Source: Felis catus (lineage: Eukaryota). From it: a stretch of 64,000 nucleotides of DNA. Location: assembly GCF_018350175.1 (NCBI RefSeq), contig NC_058368.1, positions 200,138,001 through 200,202,000 of the forward strand. Reading direction: 5' to 3'. The position numbers and the translations under genes were made by a program. The notes beneath the pieces are model-generated. The model ran no database searches. It was given only the letters and a program-made list of their open reading frames with translations, and was not told where the DNA came from. Of the stretch, positions 12,465 to 24,958 are shown piece by piece (the first letter of the stretch is position 1; every line of letters begins with the position of its first letter).

Positions 12465-14415
12465 AAAATTATTTTAAAAATAGTTAATTTTATTTAATTT
12501 TATATTGTCCTGTATCACATTATAATCATATTTCTCACATGTTTCCTGTTTTGCTTTAATCAGTTTTGGAATCTATTACCTAATGGGATGGAGCTCAAAT
12601 TAAGTTATTCTGCTATCTTGTGGTTGCTATTGGAAATAGCAAAGTTGTATTCAAGAGTTATACTTCAAGCTTAGCTGTTGAGATAGGGGGAAAAAATCAG
12701 ATCACTAAGTACCCTGAGAGAACACTTGATTTTAATAAAAAAAAAATTCAGTAGTTATCAAATCACTTTCCCTCAGTGTCCAGCCAGATTCTGGAAAGAA
12801 GTCAGTCACACTGCAAAGCCACTAGAGATGGATCCAGGGCAAAACAGCAGCCTAGCAGTAATAATTTAAATTATCTCTTAGTAGTCCTAAAGAATTAAAG
12901 CTCTTACTAATTTTCTCCCAGAAACCTAAACTCTGAAGACTCAAACCATATGATTTTCTAATGAAGAAATTAATTCACTGCAGCTATACTAAATTTTCTT
13001 TTCCTTTTCACATTCAAACTAGGGTTAGAGTTGGACACTGTAGGTACAGGCTTATGATGATGGAAGAACCTCAGCCTATGGGATATTTTCCAGAGCAGTG
13101 CTTTATTTTGGGTCTAGCAGTCATTCCTGATAGGAAGAGAGAGGTGAAAATAGAAAAAAACAATTTTCAGTGTTTCCAGAGATCTGCAGTTTTGCTCATT
13201 CCCTTATCCCCATCCCCAAGCACTGTGAGACCATTCCCAGGGCAGATTGTTAGGTGTGAGAAAGTACGGGGTTTTGTCCCCATGTTGCTGCTCTTTTCCC
13301 CCCAAGACAGTGAGCGTTGCAAAAGTTCCTGAGGTCACTCCATGTCACTACTATAAATCCTTAGGGCAGCCTACTTCCCATCTTGTGAAGGAAGGACTGA
13401 CTTCTGTTTATAGTGTTTATTTTTCCCCTTAATTCAAAAATCTGAAAACTATAAGTCTCATTTTATAGAAACCCTGAAGGCTGTCCTGATGGTTAAGTAA
13501 TAACTTTTAATTACAGCGTGTCAATTGCAGAGTGGGTACTGGAACCAAGTCTCTCTGAGTTGAATTGAATCCCTTCAAATTTCTTAGATAAATTGTGTTT
13601 GATCTATGTTGTTTATGACTGATCTTCAATTATTAAACCTTTATTCACTAAATTTCACTGTTGTGCCATCAGTGAATAGACACGCATCTGCTCAGTCCTG
13701 CTACCACCTTGAAAAAGCATCATGTCCTTTACAAAGCCCTCTATTTCCTCTGGCAGATGCTGAACATATTAATGGTGTCCAAGAGGCTTCTGTCTCTTAA
13801 CGAGTAGCAGGTGTGGTCAGAACGCCTTATTATTTATCACTTCCTCACCCAGGATACTGTTCTATGCTTGTAAGACATTTATACAGTACTCCATCAATGG
13901 TCTCTTTATTTCATACAGAATACCTCTGTGACTAAAATGAGTATTACCCTTCTCAGTAAATCTTGACATTTGCTACCTCAGATACTCCTTCACCTACTGA
14001 GGACAGTGGTGGTGGTGGCGAGGCATGGGGTCAGCTGAAGAAGCTCTACTAATGTTTCCCAGATTTGGGGATTATTTGAGGTCATGAGGTAAAGTAGTAG
14101 GTGGATGGACGCAGTACGGAGGAAGGAGGCTTCCTTCCTCTTATGAGATGACTATATTTTTTTGATACAGCTTTCATTTCTGATCTCAATTGTACTATTG
14201 AAACCTCTCCCATGGTCTGATCACTCCAGGTGGATTGGAATTAGTCCATTGTAGATTGCTGTGTTTGATGTTTTGCTATGAGATTAATCAGGAAAACACC
14301 TTTTTGGTTGCATGGCAGTTTTTCATCTTAAGGTTGAATCCAAATGACTGTAGGTTTTCGAATTCATTAAATTAATGTATGATGAATTCTTTGATTGAGA
14401 ATAGAGAGATTTAAA

Positions 14416-14623
14416 TTTTTTTTAATGTTTAATTATTTTTGAGAGAGAGACAGAGTGTGAGAGGGAAAGGGGCAGAGAGAGAGGGAGACACAAATTCCGA
14501 AGCAGGCTCCAGGCTCTGAGCCGTCAGCACAGAGCCCGCCTCAGGGGCTCGAACCTACAAACTGCGAGATTATGACCTGAGCTGAAGTTCGATGCTCAAC
14601 CGACTGAGCCACCCAGGTGCCCC
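14416..14623 (-). mobile_element. Can-SINE (SINEC_Fc-type)
   Basis: Full-length reverse SINEC; TSD agaata(a)gagagattt on both sides. Confidence 0.95.
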
Positions 14624-15904
14624 AAGAATAAGAGAGATTTTAGATGTTGCTACTGACCTTTCTGAAATTCTTCTGCCACTATGCTTAGAGGTTCCTAGAC
14701 TCATGTTTCAGTTTTTTCACTTATTCCGATTTTCTTAGGCCTCTTTGTTTTGGTCAGGATTGATAACAATACTTGGATTTCCCACAGGCATAATTTCCTG
14801 GTTTAATTTTTAAAAGCATCTTGTTGCAGGGTTTCAATCTTATTGTGTAAAGGAAAGGTACAAGTCTGGTGTCAGCCTTCCTTAAACCTAGTTGGTTAAT
14901 TGGTCCAACATGTCTGATTTCATTTGTCTTCTTTTTTACAGAACACTTGTCCATGGAGAGCCCAATAGACCTAGGTAGAAACCACCTATTAGCTGTGAGA
15001 TATTTAAAGAGTCAACTGAAGAATAGAAGATCAAAGGGTTAATTAAAGGTTTTAATATATTTTCAGCACAGAGTTGTTACCAAACTTTATAAAAAATTAC
15101 TCCCATATAATGTATGTATAACTGTAATTTAAATGTTTATGTGAATCTATGCATATTTTTAACAACTAAAATAATTTTAAGCTTTTAGATGTCTCATGTG
15201 ATTGCTCTCTGGCTTTCAGGATTCTTTGAGAATGAAGTTCAGGGCTTGCTCACTATGTTTTTCTGGGACTGGCCCACTAAACATCCTCTGTTGGAGGCAA
15301 GCCAAGTTTTTATAGCCAACACGGTTTTATGGGAAGGAAGTGGTAATTCAGCTGTAGTTTTGATTTCATGAACACTTCAAGAGAGCTTTCAAATAGGCAA
15401 GAGTCGATTAGACTGGTCTCCTGTATTTTGTTCTGACCATTTTAGTTCAACTTTCTAATTATTATATACATATCTAACTTGTATTTAAGAAGGAAGATGT
15501 CTGTAGCAACTATTTGATGTGTAGGTGGTCATAAGCCTCCTTAAGCCTTCCTTTCCTAAAAGCAGGAAGACGCCATTTGCCAAATGTAAACAAAAGTGAG
15601 CACCAAAGCCTGGGGGGTTGCTTTTGTAACTAGGAACCCACAACTTCAAATATAGCAAATTTAGCATCACACAGCTAAGGTGAGAAGAATTTAATAAATA
15701 CTTTTTATACTAATTCAAGAAATATTTGTCAACTCACTTTATGTTCAATATATGTTTCTTATTTTCTGATTTATCTTTTGGTAAGAATCTACAAAACACT
15801 TTGAGGTGTTCAGTATTTTTTCCCTAATCTGAACAGCCTCCTATTAAAAGTGTTTCAGAAATTTAACATATTGGACCCTATGTATATCTATGGCCTTCAT
15901 TATA

Positions 15905-16082
15905 TTTTTAATGTTTATTTATTTTGAGAGAGAGAGATAGTGAGTGGGGGAGAAGCAGAAAGACAGGAAATCCCAAGCAGGCTCCTGTGAAGTCAGTGCC
16001 GAGCCTGATGTGGGGCTTGAACTCATGAACCATGAGCTGAAATCAAGAGCTGGACACTTGAGCTGGAGCCACCCAGGCGCCC
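15905..16082 (-). mobile_element. Can-SINE, older, small internal deletions
   Basis: Reverse SINEC ending gccacccaggcgccc; TSD tctatggcct(t/g)catt at 15887-15901 and 16083-16097. Confidence 0.92.
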
Positions 16083-16223
16083 TCTATGGCCTGCATTCTT
16101 AAACTAAAGAATACAATCCAGGATTTATCTGCAACAAAAGGGACAGTAAGAAACTGGTTCACTATGTTAAAAATAGAACAGAAATATTTTAATCTAAAGT
16201 GGAAAAGAAACTCCTAAAGTATT

Positions 16224-16255
<32 letters not shown>

Positions 16256-16317
16256 TACATATATATGTATATATATATATATATATACATATATATGTAT
16301 ACACACACACACATATA
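16224..16317. repeat. (TA)n/(CA)n compound microsatellite with 30-bp higher-order unit
   Basis: Unit atatatgtatatatatatatatatatacat repeated 2.3 times, then (AC)n. Confidence 0.95.
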
Positions 16318-16960
16318 ATTTTCCTTACTTGCATCAGAATAAGTTTATATGCTAAAATCAATATAGTAGTTTCATGAGAAGAGAGAAACTTGACTCTCAA
16401 CAGTAAGATAGCAAAAGTGCCAATAGCTAAAGAAGTTTATAATCCAATTAACAAAAACACTTGTTCTTTTTCATATTAAAAGTATTGACTTCACCAATGG
16501 TTATTTATACTTTGGGGCTCAAAGAGAGAATTATGGGCCATGATTAGGACTGGTAGATTATCTCCTTGAAATTGGGTGATTGTCAGGCTTTTTCTAGAGG
16601 GTACAATATTAAGGGTAGTGAAAATATATTGTCACTGAGGGCTAAGGCAAACGTAGAAGTTGAATCTTGGATACAGGGAATCTACAGTGATGACTTAACT
16701 TTTCCTTTCAAGTGCATCTTTCCAGATTGGTATTTATTACTTCAAATGATCTCTTCACACATTTATAGAAGACAGACAAGTTGACCAGAATGCAAACAAC
16801 TAGGCTATATCTTCTGACATATTAATCCTAGAGAACAAAGATTTACCAGTGCATGAAAATACAAATATTTAAGAAACACTTCTTCATAAAATGGAGGCAA
16901 AGCGTCGTATAGTAGAAATTAAGAGATCCAGACCTGTCAGTAACTTCTCCCTTGCTTTTT

Positions 16961-17156
16961 TTTTTTAAGTTTTATTTATTTTGAAAGAGAGAGAGGGCAC
17001 AAGTGGGGAAGGGGCAGAGAGGGAGGGACAGAGATATTCCCAAGCAGGCTCTGCAACACCAGTGCAGAGTCCCATGTGGGACTCAAACACACAAACCTTG
17101 AGATAATGACCTGAGCCGAAGTCAGATGCTCAACTGACTTAGCCACCCAGGTGCCC
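16961..17156 (-). mobile_element. Can-SINE
   Basis: Reverse SINEC; TSD cccttgcttttt at 16949-16960 and 17162-17173. Confidence 0.95.
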
Positions 17157-19804
17157 ACCCACCCTTGCTTTTTGATGTGCTTCCCTTTTATAATAAAAAT
17201 CTGAGTTATATGATATTCCTGAGAACCAGGTTAGTAGAAATCTCAGTGATAGATATCAGAATATAGGTTTTTTCAAATGCAAAACAGATCTTGTGCCTGT
17301 GAATTGGGAAAGATGTGAAATACTCCCCACAGCCTTTGTGTATATTTTGAGAGGCACAAATCATAGCTATTTACTCCGAAATTAGCCATCAAAAGCAGGT
17401 GTTTTGAATTAGAGCAAGGTGTCTATCAACACTAGGAAAAATTAAATTCTAGACAAAGTGTATTTTTATGAAACTCATGCTTTCTCCATTTGCTATATCT
17501 CTCCTGCTAGGTAACCATGAACTATCTGCCCCTTCAAAGTCTTTTCAGCAAAGAGGCAACTAATCCCTACTTAAGTACTTGTTAACTGTGGAGGGGTTTT
17601 ACCCTGCAGGAGGATATCTGCCTTTTAATAAGAACCTCTGAAGTCAAGAGGTGTGGCTTTTCAATTAAAGGAATGAATCTAGAATTCTGACAATTCAGTG
17701 CCTTCAAAGAAAAGCACGGTACTTCTGAGGACACTTGGGTGTTCCTCAAATCAGAACGTACACGTGGCCACATACTCCAACCCAGCTATTTTTGTACTAC
17801 ACATGCTGTGATGTCTCTTCCCCCTTTGCCTCCTGCCTACACCAAGCACTGTCAGGATCACAGGGGCTGGATGTGTAGACTGTATATTAAACTAGGAAAA
17901 GGAATGTTCTCTCAGGGGCAAGTCCCTGAGGGATGCCTTAAGAGAGCTATCACATCTTTTCTGCCTCTCGTTGTTCTTCCAAGGTGTAGGGAAAGTTGGG
18001 AATTAAGGGGCATTCTCTGTCTCCCCTGAGGATGAGCAAGAATCCACAGGTTTTATCGATGGATACATCTTCCATAAGTCTAATCTGGACTACTCTCCAC
18101 ATAATGTTTTCAAACTATCCATGGGCATCTTATTATTTTAGAGAACTTTATCTACATAGTACTTGCAGATTTGATACCATCTGCTTATGTTTCCGTTTTA
18201 TTCGATTGCTACTCTTAGTGGAAGGAGTTAATGACATAATTCAGGAGAAAGAAAGCCTTGTGGAATTTGACAGTAGCAAGAAGCAGTGGTGCGCTAATTT
18301 GGTCATTGTACATATCCCAGCTTGGTATCTCAATTTTAACAGTAGCTCAAGTGCTAAATCATGCATACAGATGTTGAAGATATAACCTCAGGGGCTCCTT
18401 CAGGCTGTGAAGACTATTACACCTAGTGTACTTTGTTACTGAGACGCTCCTCCCTCCAGTCAGCAGCTAATTTATATAAAACGCATGATCTTCTGCTTAT
18501 TGGCCAAGAGTGGCAGAATACACACAATTTCAAAGGCAAGCTTTCAACTTTCAGTGCTAGCCTCAAGATAAAACTTATTTCAGAGGTCATAAATGACAAT
18601 TTTGGGGGGCTGTAACACAGAAAACTAAATATATATAATATATGGATAGTCTATATATATTTTTTCTGAATAGTTGGAAATTCTATTACACATTCAAAAT
18701 ATAGAAGAATGAAAAATCACTCTAAATTTGGGCGTATTTTAAAAATATGAAGATGATTTAATTATTTATTTTGGTATGGGGTACAATATTGCATACATTT
18801 GAGGAATTAAACCATATTTTGCTGAGCTAGAAACTCTGTCCTGATGTTTAAAGTGTTTTTTTTTAATCCCATCCCACCACTCTAAAAGTGTTTTTAATAA
18901 AAAGATTAAACTATATTTAAACTAATTTCTTATAATCAAAAAAATTTAAGGTGTATTTTTTAACACTAAATTTACTGAAAAATCAAATCTTATTACATAA
19001 GACTTAGTATGCAATGTTAGTATAATTCTTGCCCCCTTTTTTAGTAAGAACATGGAGTCCTATTAGTTTCCTAATTAGCAATTTATTTTACCTTATTCAA
19101 ATTAGTTCAAATAAAAAAAGTTATGTATTCCCACTAGTAATATAAAAATAGATCAGAGAGCTCCATCCTTCCTGCCTGTGTCAGCTTATGGAAGAAAGTT
19201 CTCTTCAGTTTCCACAAATCTGATAATTTATATTAGAAAACTGTGGGATGGGGTAAGGGGGGAGAGAGCAACTGTTCCCACTCCTTGCACGAAATAAAGT
19301 CTGCACATTGTCAACAGGCTGACAATAACCAAACAACAGTGATTATGATAGATGGCTTTATCTGACCAATCTTATCTTTTCCAAGCTTAAGAAAGCTTTT
19401 AAAAATGAGAATTCTTATTCAACCTTGCTTACTGCCATAATCTAAGACAGAGGCCTCCAACCCAGTAACCAGTAAGTAGGATATCAGAAGTGGATAGCTC
19501 CTAACTTTGTTTTCAGGACCCTGCATCAACTGGAAACCCTGCAGATTAAATCTAACAAATATTCATCAAGGAACAGTTCAAGAAAATGTCACCTTCTTTT
19601 TCAAATAGATGTGGATACAAAGTATCTCTGTCTCTGTCTCTCTCCATTTGTCTTTGTCTCTCTGACTCTGTCTCTCCTTGTCTCTCATTGGTTTTGTTAG
19701 AATTAGATGATAATAGTAAAATGGGCTCCCTGTCATGGAGGTTTGATAATTCCTTTTTATAAAATTAGTTTGTTAATAAGATATATATTTTTTATTAAAA
19801 AATG

Positions 19805-20010
19805 TTTTTTAACATTTATTCACTTTTGAGAGACAGAGAGAGAGTGAAAGCAGAGGAGGGGCAGAGAGAGGGAGACACAGAATCTGAAGCAGGCTCCAGG
19901 CTCTGAGCCGTCAGCACAGAGCCCGATGAGGGGCTCAAACCCTCGAACTGGGAGATCATAACCTGAGCCAAGGTCAGACACTTAAGTGACTGAGCCACCC
20001 AGGTGCCCCC
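19805..20010 (-). mobile_element. Can-SINE (SINEC_Fc-type)
   Basis: Reverse SINEC; TSD about aagatata. Confidence 0.95.
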
Positions 20011-20988
20011 AAAAGATATACTTCTAGTTATAGAATTTTATGTTATGTTTTCACTTCTGTCATTTGTCTGAAGGCCATCTGTACTTATTCTTTGTTCTGA
20101 AATTTCTTCAGTGGCCTTTGACTAATCAATCACAAGTAGTATTTTGACCTGATCCAGCATTGGGTCATTAAAAGTCAAATCCTTTTTTCCCATAAAACAT
20201 CCACTTAAACTCTATATCCAATTATGAGAAAATAAGAAATTAATACTCTTTAATTTGATAAAAAAGAACTTGAAGATCATGATGATTATGGTTTTAAGTT
20301 TGAAATCTGTATTTGCCACTCACATTTGACTGAAAATAACATAAAACAAGAGAGAATGGGGTATTTTAGCACACCACTGTGAACTGGGAGGTCCAAGCTC
20401 TGTTAGAATAAATGACTAATCAATGACTATGAATTGTTCTTACCAGTGAAATAAAAGAGTAGAATTATAGGAGCACTAAATAACTTACAAATTATAAAAT
20501 TACATGATTTATTGCAAAATGTAGATGAAATACTCAATTTGACGCTGTGTGAATATTAAATAGTTTACATAGAGTACCTAATATGGTGCCTGGAACTTAG
20601 GAAGGGTCAATACATAACAGTGATGTTCTGATTTCCTAAATTTCTTAAATGTTCTACAGCAACCAATTGTCATTTAAAACATGTTATTTCAACAGCAGCC
20701 ACAAGATGGGAGTATTTACCTTTATAGTTAATTTTTTCTTTTTTCGTTCTTAATTACAGTGCTGAAGGAATTGTTTTGTTATAGCTACTTCCCCGCAAAA
20801 CAAAGTGGTATTTTTTCCACCTAAAATGAAAGCAGTTTTGCCACATACTCATTTAACACACCAGTTTTAATGCTGTTAAGGTCACATATCTTGGTAAATT
20901 TATCACCTACCTATATGTTTTTTTCTGAAAATTTCTGAATCTGTTTTGATTCCCTTCTATGTGGACATGATGCTTCTCTGTGTAACAG

Positions 20989-21023
20989 ATTTCCCTTCAG
21001 CCTTCATATTTATGAGAATAAAG
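20989..21023 (+). other. Possible small exon (unverified)
   Basis: cttctctgtgtaacAG|ATTTCC...AATAAAG|GTGAGA; alternative acceptor at 21000; no protein family recognised. Confidence 0.15.
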
Positions 21024-21893
21024 GTGAGACATAATTATAGTTTAAAATTTGCACTTTGGCTGGTGAAATACTGAACATAGAGTAGTATAATTACATGGTC
21101 TAAAAGTGGTGTTGATTTTTTTAATAATAATTTTACTTTTTATGAAATGAAAGCTAACTAGAAATCTTAAAGCTAACTATAATCTTAAAGAGTTGTGAAA
21201 GAAGAAGTCTAGTTCAAAAATATTTGAAATCTATAAATGTGAAATCTATAAATGGAGGAAAATGTGTTTTCTTATGATTGTGCATAGGCCAAATACTTGG
21301 TTCAGATAAGATTAACATGGGAGTGTCAGTTCTTAGTAAGAAGAATTGAAAATTGCTGATGTATTTAAATAGACTCCTAGTCTATGGGAAGATTCCACTG
21401 CATTGGAAAGATCTGCTTTGGTTCAGAGGGAAACATTTGCCAGTGAAATATGTGGGAGTCACAGCATACACAGCGTTATTGGTTAGCAAATGTCAATGTT
21501 AATGAAAAATAAGCTCAACTTTTGTTTCCTGTGAAAGGTTTTATGTATAAATTGATCTGTTTGGCACTAAAATAATGCAGATGTTTTACAATTAAGTTTA
21601 TTCATAGACAACATTGAAGAAAATGGTTTTCATTTAAAGCAAATATATATAAATGAAGGAACTCTGGATTGACATTTTCCCCTATTGAGAACATAGAAAC
21701 TCCATTTTGGTAGCTTTTCTCCTATCTATAAAATTCCACAGACTCTACATGCAACTAAATGAAGAAAAAATATATGCTTTGTTGGTGTAGTGTAAATATG
21801 GGCAAGAATATTATATATTTTATCTACAGTTCCTCTGCTTTCTTTTGATGAAGGTATATTTGCATATTATTTGTTTTAAATTGGTGCAGACAG

Positions 21894-21974
21894 GTTAACT
21901 TTGGAGAAGAAAAATTGCTTCAAAACTCAGATGAAGGTGTACTGATGCAATCATCTATATTACACAATGGAGTG
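21894..21974 (+). other. Possible 81-nt exon (unverified)
   Basis: cAG|GTTAAC...GGAGTG|GTAAGT; open frame VNFGEEKLLQNSDEGVLMQSSILHNGV; weak polypyrimidine tract. Confidence 0.15.
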
Positions 21975-22009
21975 GTAAGTTTTTATTTGAAGAAATTCTA
22001 TACCTTAAA

Positions 22010-22170
22010 ATACTTGAGAACCACTCATCTGATCTGCATCTTCCCTTCTCTTCATTTTATAGAAGAACAAAGATTCAAAGAGGTTAAGAGATGGACTGAG
22101 GTCACACCACGTAAATAGAACTCCAACCAGAACTCCAGCCAAAACCTAGATCCTTGCCTCCCTGTTGTGG
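22010..22170 (-). mobile_element. MIR fragment
   Basis: MIR core in reverse: 'cattttatagaagaacaaagattcaaagaggttaagagatggactgaggtcacac'. Confidence 0.7.
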
Positions 22171-23360
22171 CACTGTGCCTCTCCTACCGTGCATGTCTCT
22201 GGTGGAATAGGGCTGATTCCTCTCTGTATTTCAAGTGTGGATCTCCTACTTCTTTATGAGATTGTTCAGCCTATCAAGACTTCTTTTTTTCCCCCCTCAC
22301 GGCATTATGGGAAAATAGAAATTAATTATTATATATTAAATAATGAATAGCTTCAAGAAGGTTCTGCCAGCTAACTGTTGTAACAGAAAATAGTCAAAGA
22401 TAATCTGTTTCAAAACCAAAATTGTTGTTTTCAGCAAATATCACCTAATATTTAATAGCTGGAGAGCTACTGAGAAGATCAAATACCATATAGGACATTT
22501 TGCAAAGTAAAACTAGAATACAGTGGGGAGTTACATTGTCCAAGTAAGACTTCTACTGGTGCTGTATTATTCCATGCTCTCTGGCAAGGTTTTCTTGGGT
22601 CTTGATTGCATATTTTCAATTTGTTGGAGCAGACCCAAAACTGTATTTTAAGGGATTCTCTGCTCTGTCAATAGGGGTTCCTTGACTCACCTGTATGTGT
22701 AGATGGGGTAGCCATCTTTTCGGTAATAAGTCTTGATTAGGCTATTTAATTGCCATAGGAACGTGCTCAGGTGATTGTCAAAGAACACAGATTTGCCCTT
22801 AATCAGCAGCACACAATATCACAACATCTACACTATAAGCTCTATCCAAAGAATACAATTTTGAACTCTTTGCTGTTCAATCCTAATCAAAATCTTGGTT
22901 TTGAGAAATTATAATCAAGGAGACTTGACTGAAAGCTACGAAAACCATCAAATGCTGTAGATAGTTTAAACATTTTTGTATCAAGCCACCAGAATGTTAC
23001 ATATTTTTACCATGTAGTTTTAGCCTCTTCCAAAAATGTTTTCAGTCAATTACATTGGGCATATGCCATTAACTTGCAGGGAAGAAAGGAAACCTACTTG
23101 AAGTTCTTAAAGGGACATTGTTGAGTAAGTGGTTAATTACATCTCAGAGTATCCTTTTAATGTAAATTCATGAGAGAAGTTCTTTTTAGGACTTAGTAAT
23201 AAGAAAGTCATTTGTTCCTGACGATTTGTTGTTGCTGTTTTAATTTTTATGGATATTATGAATTTTTCCAGTTTTATTTCATTCTTTGCTTTTATTTCTA
23301 GAAAGCACCGAATCAAATTTGCAGTCCAACTAGTACATGTAGATGTGCTCATTAAATGCA

Positions 23361-23372
23361 TTATTTATTCAT

Positions 23373-23419
<47 letters not shown>

Positions 23420-23656
23420 TATTTATTTATTTTTTAAAAATTTCTAATTATTTAATCTTTAATTTTGAGGGGGAGAGAGAGAGACAGAGTGCAAGAAGGG
23501 GAGGGACACAGAGAGAGGGAGGCACAGAATCCAAAGCAGGCTCCAGGCTCTGAGCTGTCAGCACAGAGCCCAATACGGGGCTCAAACTCACAAGATGTGA
23601 GATCATGACCTGAGCTGAAGTCAGATACCCAAACGACTGAGCCACCCAGGAGCCCC
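23361..23656 (-). mobile_element. Can-SINE with expanded (TTTA)n tail
   Basis: (TTTA)n at 23361-23431, then reverse SINEC ending gccacccaggagcccc. Confidence 0.95.
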
Positions 23657-23685
23657 TTAATGCGTTTTTAAAAATGTACTACTTA

Positions 23686-23900
23686 GGGTCACCTGGGTGG
23701 CTCAGTCGGTTAAGCATCTGACTTTGGCTCAGGTCTTGATCTCATAGTTCGTGGGTTCGAACCCCGACCGCGTTGGCCTCTGTGCTGACAGCTCAGAGCC
23801 TGGAGCCTGTTTCAGATTCTGTCTCCCTCTCTCTCTCTGTCCCTCCCCTGTTCACACTCTGTCTCTGTCTCAAAAATAAATAAACAGTAAAAAAAAATTT
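23686..23900 (+). mobile_element. Can-SINE (SINEC_Fc-type)
   Basis: Forward SINEC; perfect 13-bp TSD aatgtactactta at 23673-23685 and 23901-23913. Confidence 0.96.
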
Positions 23901-24064
23901 AATGTACTACTTAAACTTTTTTCCTTCTTCTTATAGTAACCTTCTGCATATTTTACCTTATTGCTTGTTTTTTGAAAAGCTGTCATGGATTTTTTTTCCA
24001 GAATAATAGATACATGTAAGTAAACATATATAAAATAATCAGATCTTAAGAAAGGTTGTATCCT

Positions 24065-24281
24065 GGGGCGCCTGGGTGGCGCAGTCGGTTAAGCGTCCGA
24101 CTTCAGCCAGGTCACGATCTCGCGGTCCATGAGTTCGAGCCCCGCGTCGGGCTCTGGGCTGATGGCTCAGAGCCTGGAGCCTGTTTCCGATTCTGTCTCT
24201 CCCTCTCTCTCTGCCCCTCCCCCGTTCATGCTCTGTCTCTCTCTGTCCCAAAAAAATAAATAAACGTTGAAAAAAAAAAAA
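24065..24281 (+). mobile_element. Young SINEC_Fc
   Basis: CpG-rich near-consensus body, pure A tail, perfect 17-bp TSD aagaaaggttgtatcct at 24048-24064 and 24282-24298. Confidence 0.97.
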
Positions 24282-24921
24282 AAGAAAGGTTGTATCCTGC
24301 TACTCATGCTTATACAATGATACTGTATGTCAAAAAAAAAAAAAACAATTTAATAATCAGCAATGGAAAGAAAATAGAAAATTTTCCAAAAGGAAATCCT
24401 ATTTGGAAAGAAAAATCACGAGTAGGAGAATTTTAGGTGGATAATTCTGATAATTATTTAAAAGTGCCTTTAAGAGTAGGCTCTGCGTGTTTCTCTGGGT
24501 CTTTGTGCTATCTTTTGTCCCACTCATTGCCAAGACATATTACCTCTAATTTTCTGTTCATCTCCCCTATTCTACTGCCTTTACTTCCACTGGCACTAGA
24601 CCTACAATTAGAGAGAAATGCCTCTGTCTTCTTGTGGTAGAGTAGAATAGATGTTAGCAGATTTCAAGACATCATGTTGAAGGTATAAGACAAAGAGAAA
24701 AATGGCTAAATTGACTTTTGGAAAAAGGAAAATGGTAAAAAACAGGAAAGGGGGAAATAGGAGGAAATGATATGGAAAAATGTGAAATTGGACATTACCC
24801 GGGAGGAGGTAAGAAGGAAACTCCTGAAACATTTCCATTAGAAGACAAAAGGCAGATACACACTTTACAGATCAAACTAGTTTTCTAGGCAATGAGTGTT
24901 CCACTCATTGTGGGAGTGGGG

Positions 24922-24958
24922 TTTTTGTTGTTGTTGTTGTTGTTTTGTTTTGTTTTTG
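24922..24958 (+). repeat. (GTT)n/(GTTTT)n microsatellite
   Basis: Direct reading of the sequence. Confidence 0.85.

Noticed and set aside
13054..13130. C/D-box snoRNA candidate (ATGATGA...CTGA)
   Set aside because: No terminal stem and no recognisable rRNA/snRNA guide sequence
17996..18385. 129-aa ORF (also 7039..7419, 12961..13332, 37429..37716)
   Set aside because: No recognisable domain and no supporting exon structure; lengths are compatible with chance in 64 kb across six frames
22691..22797. Minus-strand open frame ending at a CAG|GTGAGT donor (GKSVFFDNHLSTFLWQLNSLIKTYYRKDGYPIYTY)
   Set aside because: In-frame stop just upstream, no convincing acceptor, and peptide not recognised
12261..23656. 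Six consecutive minus-strand SINEs as evidence of host-gene direction
   Set aside because: Window-wide count is 11 minus versus 6 plus, and L1 fragments occur on both strands; too weak
24039..24259. Recurrent peptides such as MAQSV..LTSAQVMISQ and GAPGWRSRLS as a gene family
   Set aside because: Read-through of Can-SINE copies (also at 12268, 19816, 23448, 43132, 53677)
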